From Spirulina sp. (GTDB lineage Bacteria > Cyanobacteriota > Cyanobacteriia > Phormidesmidales > Phormidesmidaceae), in assembly GCA_044070495.1 (NCBI GenBank), contig JBIPSI010000013.1, positions 32,001 to 96,000 of the forward strand: DNA of 64,000 bases, in the 5' to 3' direction. Under the pieces are notes generated by a model. That model was not told the origin of the DNA. It was given only the letters and a program-made list of their open reading frames with translations, and did not search any database. Numbering within the stretch: the first letter of the stretch is position 1; every line of letters begins with the position of its first letter. This document shows, piece after piece, positions 58,069 through 64,000 of the stretch. The position numbers and the translations under genes were made by a program.

Positions 58069-61000
58069 TTAGATCACAACGGCTCCGAGGGATTTCAGGA
58101 TAGCCATTTCCGACGGTGAAAGCCCCTTGGCATCGCGGATGTTGGCTCCGGCGTAGGGGCGGTCGGGATGAAAAACACGCTCACAATGGCCGAGGGCCAG
58201 GTTCCAGAGGCGTATTTCATGGTCTTGGCTGGCGGTGGCCAAATGGGTACGGTCGGGACAAACTAGGGCCGTCCAGGGGGGCTGACTATGGCCCCTGAGG
58301 GTGTAGCGCAGACGGTGGGTTTGCACCTCCCAGATGGCCAAGTCGGCGGCTTGGCTGGTGATGGCGAGGACGACACCGCTGGGGTCTACGGCAACACTGT
58401 GAACCCAGTGGCCATCGGGGGGAGACCAGATTCCCAGGGTGCGGCCTTGGGCCACATTCCACCAGCGCACGGTGCCATCGTGGCTGGCGCTGACGAGAGA
58501 TTGGCCATCGGCCCCCACCCCCAGGCTATGAACTAGGCGCTGATGCCCGGTTAGCAGTTGAGGAACAGAGGCAGCGGCTGACTGGGGCCAGATTTCGATA
58601 GTGCCATCCCTAGCCCCGACAATCAGGGTCGGGTTGTCGCTACCCTCCCCAAAGGTCAGGGCCATCGGGGGTACAGGGCGACGGATCCCTTCGTGTCGTC
58701 GTTGACCATCCGCCACCGACCACAGGTGAAGGGTATCCTCTGGGCCAACCGTGGCAAGGGACTGGCCATCGGGGCTGAAGGCGATCAGATGAACAGGAAC
58801 AGAAACCGACCAGCGGCATTCTCCGGTGGGGATGTGCCACAGGCTCAGGCCAGAATCGGCGGCGGCCCTGGCGCACCACTGGCCATCGGCACTCAGGGCA
58901 ACGGCCTGAAGAGGGCTGTGGGGACTAGGACTGGCTGCACTGAGAACCTGGGGTACAGGGCTTTGGGAGGATCTGCGATCCCCTGTTGCCTGAGGCCACA
59001 GTCGCAGGCGAGCGTCTCGGTGCCCCGTGAGCACCTGATTCCCCTGGGCACTCACCGCCAGGTGGCTGACGGGGTGAGCCTGACTGAGGAAACGCCGCAG
59101 TTCTGTGCCGGTATTGGCCTGCCACAGGTGCAGCCGATAGTCGCCGCCCGTCACCAAATAGTCGCTATCGGGGCTAAAGTCTAGCAGCCACACGGGGGAA
59201 TCCGCCGGAGGCAAGGTGTAGCAGAGGGATCGGCTGGGAATATCCCACACGACGACGCTAAAGTCTTGGCGGCTACAGGCCAAATACCGACCATCGGGGC
59301 TGAGGGTGAGGGCAGGCAGGGTGCGCACGTCGGCGGGGAGCATCCAGCAAGAACGCCCGGTTCGCACATCCCAAAGGGTGAGGCAGTGCTCGTCGTAGCC
59401 CGCCGCAAAGGGCATCGGGGGCAGGGTGGGATCGTTGGGGTCGGGCAAAAAACCAGCGGATCGGACAGTAGCGGTGACCGGAGCCTGAAATGCTGTAATC
59501 GGGCTGTCCTGGGTTTGGCCGCCCTGGGAGAGATCCCACAGACAGGTAACCTGGTCATCCCCTCCGCTGACGAGGCGATCCCCCGCCTCGTTAAAGGCGA
59601 TGCTGTGGATGGCTCCCTGGTGTGTGTTCCAACAGACCCAACACCGCCCTGAAGCCACTTCCCATAGCCGCAGTTCGCCGTTACGGTCTCCAGAGGCCAG
59701 CCAAGCCCCATCGCCGCTGAAAGCCACCGTCTGCACCGCTGCCCCGTGGCCGCTCAGGGTGTCGGATCGGGCCTTGCCCCCCATCGGCCACAGCCAAATT
59801 TGTCCGGTATCGCTGCCAATGGCCAGGGTGCCACCATCGGGGCTAACGGCGAGGGACTGAACCGCCAGGGCTTCGCCGTCATCCATCACCTGCACCAGTC
59901 GCCCCCGATTCACCTCCCACAGCAGCAGGCGACCATCCTGATCGCCCGTCACCATCAGCCGCTCGTCGGGCTTGGGGGCAGCCTTAGACCGAGGAGAAGG
60001 GAGCGGACAAAAGGCCACCCTGGGGCTGCGACCGAGGGCGGTGGCCAAGGCGGTTTCGCGAAACTGCACCTGGCTGAGGTTGGCCCCCTGCAAACTTACC
60101 TGCCGCAGGTCGGCCTGCCACAGGGCTAGATCAGAGAAATCGACCCCACTGACGCTGACGCCCAGGGCTTGGCAGAGATGCAGCCAGTTGGCCGCCCCAA
60201 ATCCGGGTTGGCCCCGATACCGCTGGCGCAGGGTCTGCAACCGTTGATGGCAGGCCTGCACCAAATCCGCCTGATGCGGAAACTGGCGCTGCAACTGTTG
60301 AGCCAGGGGCACCACGTAGGCCGCCCGCTGGGCCTCCTGCACCGCTTCCTGGGCCGCCATCGTCACTAGGGGCAACCGCTGAAGCCAGTGGAACTCCCCG
60401 GCCAAAAGTTCCTGGGTCAATTGCGTCAGAAGCTGATCCTTAACCAGGGCACGTACCAGGGGTGGCAGGTCAATGAGGGGTTGGGTTGGGGCCGATGGAA
60501 TGGCGGACGCCGGGGTTTGGGCTTGGCAAAGGCATCGATCCACGAGGGACTGCACCACCGCTGGCTCTGGGCGATTCGGCATTGCCGTTTGCAGATCCGC
60601 CAGGGCCATGGGGGCATGGGCGAGGGCTACCCAATACAGCAGGGTTTCTTCCTCAGGGGTGAGCCGTTGCAGCAGAGCGGCTAGGTCCCGACGCACAGCG
60701 TCGGGGATAGGGTGCTGGGTTTGGGCCAACAGGGGGGATAGCTGGCCCTGGTAGACCGTCTGTAGAGTGGTGGCCACACTACGCAGAAACATCGGATTGC
60801 CGCCGTAGCGCTGCCAGAAGGCTTCCCCTTGGTCGGGCGTGGCGGGTAGCACCCCCTGTCGCTGAAGTAAGGTCTGGGTATCTGCCGCGTCCAAGTCTTG
60901 TAGACGGTAGTCCCGCGCCCGTGGCCCCATCCACTGGAACCGATCCGCCGGAGGTTCGCGACCCATGAGGACGACACAGCCGGGGTGTTGCCCCGTCGCC

Positions 61001-61803
61001 CAGCGCTGGATGAGCTGCTGAAGGGCCTCGGTGTGGAGTCGATAGTGGCCCGCTCGCTGGTGGGGGACAAAGCACCCCTCTAGGTGATCCACCACCAGCA
61101 GACAGCGCTGGCGGCTAAACTTTGCCATCACCCCATCCACCGAAACCGTCTGGGCAACTTCCCCAGGAGACAACCAGGTGGCTAGGGCGGTCAACAGCGC
61201 CTCATCGCCGGGGCAATCCGCCATGTCTAGATAGCCACAGCGCTCCACAGTGGGGCCAAGGCGCTGGAGAAGCTGCCCCGCCAGGGCGGTTTTACCCAAA
61301 CCGGGCAATCCCCACAGCAGCACTAGCCCACAGGAACCATCGGCCATCCCCTCCCCGGTAATCCACTGGGTCAGGGTAGCGAGTTCCTCGGCGCGACCGC
61401 AAAAACCTGCCACCTCCACCGCAGGGGCGACCTGCACCGAAGTCGTTACCGTCGCCCCCACCGTCCTTGAGGAAGCTGAATTGACGGGTGGCTCAGCATC
61501 GCGAGGTTGACTAGATTTCCGCTGCTTGGCCCAGGTACGCAGCACATTTTGCAAATTGCGCTTCGTGACCTTAATGCCCTGGTGATTGATGTCCACCAAT
61601 TTCGACAGCAGATGCCACAGATTGGGGCCAACATCCTTTTTTAAGTAATCTTCGGAATAGCCCACCGCCTGCTTGGCTATGGCCCCGTAGGTTTGGTTCT
61701 CCCAGGCCCCCTTCAGCACCAAACGCTCAACGTCCCTAAGGGGGCGTCCGATTTGCTCTAGGGCCACCTGATTGATCAGCCCTGCAATATCCTCAAAGTC
61801 CAT
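58069..61803 (-). CDS. STAND NTPase: wHTH - NB-ARC/NACHT-like - pentapeptide - WD40 repeats
   Basis: FCGRAEEL, GLPGLGKT Walker A, LVVDH Walker B-like, GGNP, ADLRQVSLQGANL, many GH...W repeats. Confidence 0.88.
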   Translation of the reverse strand: MDFEDIAGLINQVALEQIGRPLRDVERLVLKGAWENQTYGAIAKQAVGYSEDYLKKDVGPNLWHLLSKLVDINHQGIKVTKRNLQNVLRTWAKQRKSSQPRDAEPPVNSASSRTVGATVTTSVQVAPAVEVAGFCGRAEELATLTQWITGEGMADGSCGLVLLWGLPGLGKTALAGQLLQRLGPTVERCGYLDMADCPGDEALLTALATWLSPGEVAQTVSVDGVMAKFSRQRCLLVVDHLEGCFVPHQRAGHYRLHTEALQQLIQRWATGQHPGCVVLMGREPPADRFQWMGPRARDYRLQDLDAADTQTLLQRQGVLPATPDQGEAFWQRYGGNPMFLRSVATTLQTVYQGQLSPLLAQTQHPIPDAVRRDLAALLQRLTPEEETLLYWVALAHAPMALADLQTAMPNRPEPAVVQSLVDRCLCQAQTPASAIPSAPTQPLIDLPPLVRALVKDQLLTQLTQELLAGEFHWLQRLPLVTMAAQEAVQEAQRAAYVVPLAQQLQRQFPHQADLVQACHQRLQTLRQRYRGQPGFGAANWLHLCQALGVSVSGVDFSDLALWQADLRQVSLQGANLSQVQFRETALATALGRSPRVAFCPLPSPRSKAAPKPDERLMVTGDQDGRLLLWEVNRGRLVQVMDDGEALAVQSLAVSPDGGTLAIGSDTGQIWLWPMGGKARSDTLSGHGAAVQTVAFSGDGAWLASGDRNGELRLWEVASGRCWVCWNTHQGAIHSIAFNEAGDRLVSGGDDQVTCLWDLSQGGQTQDSPITAFQAPVTATVRSAGFLPDPNDPTLPPMPFAAGYDEHCLTLWDVRTGRSCWMLPADVRTLPALTLSPDGRYLACSRQDFSVVVWDIPSRSLCYTLPPADSPVWLLDFSPDSDYLVTGGDYRLHLWQANTGTELRRFLSQAHPVSHLAVSAQGNQVLTGHRDARLRLWPQATGDRRSSQSPVPQVLSAASPSPHSPLQAVALSADGQWCARAAADSGLSLWHIPTGECRWSVSVPVHLIAFSPDGQSLATVGPEDTLHLWSVADGQRRHEGIRRPVPPMALTFGEGSDNPTLIVGARDGTIEIWPQSAAASVPQLLTGHQRLVHSLGVGADGQSLVSASHDGTVRWWNVAQGRTLGIWSPPDGHWVHSVAVDPSGVVLAITSQAADLAIWEVQTHRLRYTLRGHSQPPWTALVCPDRTHLATASQDHEIRLWNLALGHCERVFHPDRPYAGANIRDAKGLSPSEMAILKSLGAVVI

Positions 61804-62057
61804 GGGTACAAGGCCCGCTAGCAACCCCTGATGGTTAGGGCCTAGTCTAACCTGAATAATTCAGAACTTTCCAGAACTTGCTAACGTTAACCCCTGGCGA
61901 TCTGATCGCCGAATACATCGCCCCTGTGGGTTAGGGGCAGCGCAGCAGAACCCAACACCCGCCAGTAGGTTATCCCCAGTTTAGGTGGGCGAGGAGACCT
62001 CGCCCCCACGTAGGGTTAAACGGATCGGGAATCGGGGTATGGAATTTGGATGGAGAA

Positions 62058-63134
62058 CTAGTAGCGTAGGGTTAGGGCAATGCGCTGAGCATTGGGCAGA
62101 GAGCCGTCCTCCATCAGCATCACGTCGCCACCCTTGGCCAGAACCGCTTCGATGATTTCGTCTACGGCGTCATCCATTACGTCCGTGCCACCCGGTTCAG
62201 CTACGGTTTCGAGGCCACCCTTTGCGGTGACGATGGCGGGAACGTGGTAGCCCTTTTCCACCAGCAGCAGTTTGCCTCGTCCATCGTTGGCCAGTCGCCA
62301 GACTTCCTCGATGGTGGAAACCACTTTACCTTCGCCCGTGGCGGTATCGAGGTCTTGGAGGGCGGCTTCCCGCTGTTGGGTGCGTACGCCTTCGATCATC
62401 GGCCACACCTGCGGCGCTAGCTCAGACAGCGTGGCTTTGTCAAAGTTGCCCGTTAGGGTACCCGCCACCAGGTTGGTGTATTGAGACACCTCCTGGAAGA
62501 AGGAAATTTGTCGCACCACGCCACCGAGCACGATGGGTAGGCTGTCATCTTCGGCATAGGCGGTGAAGGCTTGATCCACCTGCTGGAAGAAACGGCGGTG
62601 ACGGTCGTCTACATAGGCGGAATCGGCGCTGTCGGGTAGGGCGGTGGTAGCACCGGGGCCTTCCATCGCCATCGGGAATTGGCCATCGGTAACTTCCTCT
62701 AGGGTGTCCCCGGTTCCGGCCAGCAGGCGGGTTAGCCCTTGGCTCAGCAAAAAGACCCAGTAGCGCTGGGCGCGGTGCAGACCGTAGACCAAATCCCGCG
62801 TGGCAAAGGTTTGATCAATCACCACCCGATGGGGCACGGTGAAGGGCAGGTAGAATTTCTTAGCAATGTCGTGGCTGACGAACAGGGCCAAGCCATCGAG
62901 GGCGTAGGTGTAGTCAATATCGTTGACGAGATCGTCTAGGTTTTTCAGCAGCGGCTCTAGGTCGCGGGTAGAAAACTCCTGGGAAAGCCGATCCTTAGCC
63001 TCGTTCACCAGGTTTTTGACGAGGATGGGATCTTGTTTGTTGTCCGGTGACGTGCGGTGGGTAGGCAGCAAAATCGACAGAGCAGGAACTTTTGTCAGTG
63101 CTTGCAGTTCCTTGACATCATGGCGGGTAATCAT
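62058..63134 (-). CDS. Bacterial archaeo-eukaryotic release factor-like protein (baeRF3-type)
   Basis: SILLPTHRT.PDN.QDPI, DGLALF, C-terminal DAVDEIIEAVLAKGG...IALTLRY. Confidence 0.8.
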   Translation of the reverse strand: MITRHDVKELQALTKVPALSILLPTHRTSPDNKQDPILVKNLVNEAKDRLSQEFSTRDLEPLLKNLDDLVNDIDYTYALDGLALFVSHDIAKKFYLPFTVPHRVVIDQTFATRDLVYGLHRAQRYWVFLLSQGLTRLLAGTGDTLEEVTDGQFPMAMEGPGATTALPDSADSAYVDDRHRRFFQQVDQAFTAYAEDDSLPIVLGGVVRQISFFQEVSQYTNLVAGTLTGNFDKATLSELAPQVWPMIEGVRTQQREAALQDLDTATGEGKVVSTIEEVWRLANDGRGKLLLVEKGYHVPAIVTAKGGLETVAEPGGTDVMDDAVDEIIEAVLAKGGDVMLMEDGSLPNAQRIALTLRY

Positions 63135-63345
63135 TCACTCGTTCCTATGGATGGGCTTGGGACACACAGCTTTGTGCAGGCCTTCTTTTACAAGCAGTTC
63201 TGTACAAACTGAGGGCCACCAGCCCATACCTCGCCACAAACCTGTAATGCCCCTAGCAGCCTAAGCCGTAACCCTAGGAAACCCATAGGAAAAGCGGATA
63301 AAGTTCACAATGACGGGCCTAGGGAAAACCTTGTTGAGGCGAGGG

Positions 63346-64000
63346 CTACGGTTCTGAGATCGTGCCACCGAGATTTTCCACAATGGCGCGGGTATTAGCG
63401 GCCATCATCCTGAGATAGCTGTCGCCCTCACTGCCGGGGACACCGATGGAGTCGGCGTAGAGTTCCTGTTCAGCTAGGGTCACTCCAGCTTCCTGGGCCA
63501 CGGTGCGAATTAACTGAGGGTTGAGGGTGGTTTCGGCAAAGATGGCAGGCACGCCCAAATCCTGAATTACCGTCACCAACTGCTGCACGGTTTGGGCGCT
63601 GGGCTGTTCCTCGGTGCTAATGCCGATCAGGGTTCCGGCCACCGTGAGGCCATAGGCGTTGGCGTAGTACTGAAAGGCATCGTGGGTGGTCACAAGCTGG
63701 CGCTGATTGGGGGGAATGGTGGCGGTTTGCGTTCCAATCCAGTCGTGCAGTTGGTTGAGTTCTTCAATGTAGTCGGCGGCGTTGGCGGTGAAGGTGTCTG
63801 CCTGATCAGGATCTAACTCAATCAGCGCATCCCGAATCGCTTCCACCATGGGCACCACATTACTCACATCGCCCCACACATGGGGATCCGGTACCGATTG
63901 CCCCTCCTCTTCCAAATTCAAGGGCGGCACCACTTCCGCCACCGCGAGGTGCTGGGCATTGGCTCCGGCGGCGGTCAACAGGCGAATCAGCCCTGGCTCT
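63346..64000 (-). CDS. Zn/Mn ABC transporter substrate-binding protein (5' end outside the window)
   Basis: DPHVW, TTHDAFQYY, IFAET, LYADS. Confidence 0.9.
   Translation of the reverse strand, partial: EPGLIRLLTAAGANAQHLAVAEVVPPLNLEEEGQSVPDPHVWGDVSNVVPMVEAIRDALIELDPDQADTFTANAADYIEELNQLHDWIGTQTATIPPNQRQLVTTHDAFQYYANAYGLTVAGTLIGISTEEQPSAQTVQQLVTVIQDLGVPAIFAETTLNPQLIRTVAQEAGVTLAEQELYADSIGVPGSEGDSYLRMMAANTRAIVENLGGTISEP

Overview
64 kb of a GC-rich, probably filamentous cyanobacterial chromosome (Leptolyngbya/Nodosilinea-like; inferred from ictB, curT, bciB, desC, urtA, NtcA sites and STRR repeats). Most of it is housekeeping: rlmN, bciB, urtA, the rpmH-rnpA-PH-yidC-jag-yceD cluster, desC, tRNA-Pro, htrA, rre1, xdhAB, cobS, ictB and dacB. 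Four regions stand out. (1) An orphan DUF4157 (eCIS-effector-type) protein with a C-terminal barnase/RNase Sa-type domain, followed by a barstar-like immunity gene and bracketed by MITE-like elements. (2) An AT-richer, MITE-bracketed three-gene island encoding a radical SAM/SPASM-twitch enzyme, a class III aminotransferase and an Fe-S aldo/keto reductase; the last two share an Ig-like accessory domain. (3) A cobalamin-riboswitch-led B12 uptake operon with an embedded metallophosphoesterase, a candidate cobamide-remodelling enzyme, plus a possible leader ORF. (4) An NtcA-type promoter and a terminator-containing leader before xdhAB. By hand count, the HIP1 core CGATCG is absent from the window while CCTAGG is abundant. 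No CRISPR array, rRNA, integrase or transposase was seen. All product calls come from reading motifs by eye; no database search was run.
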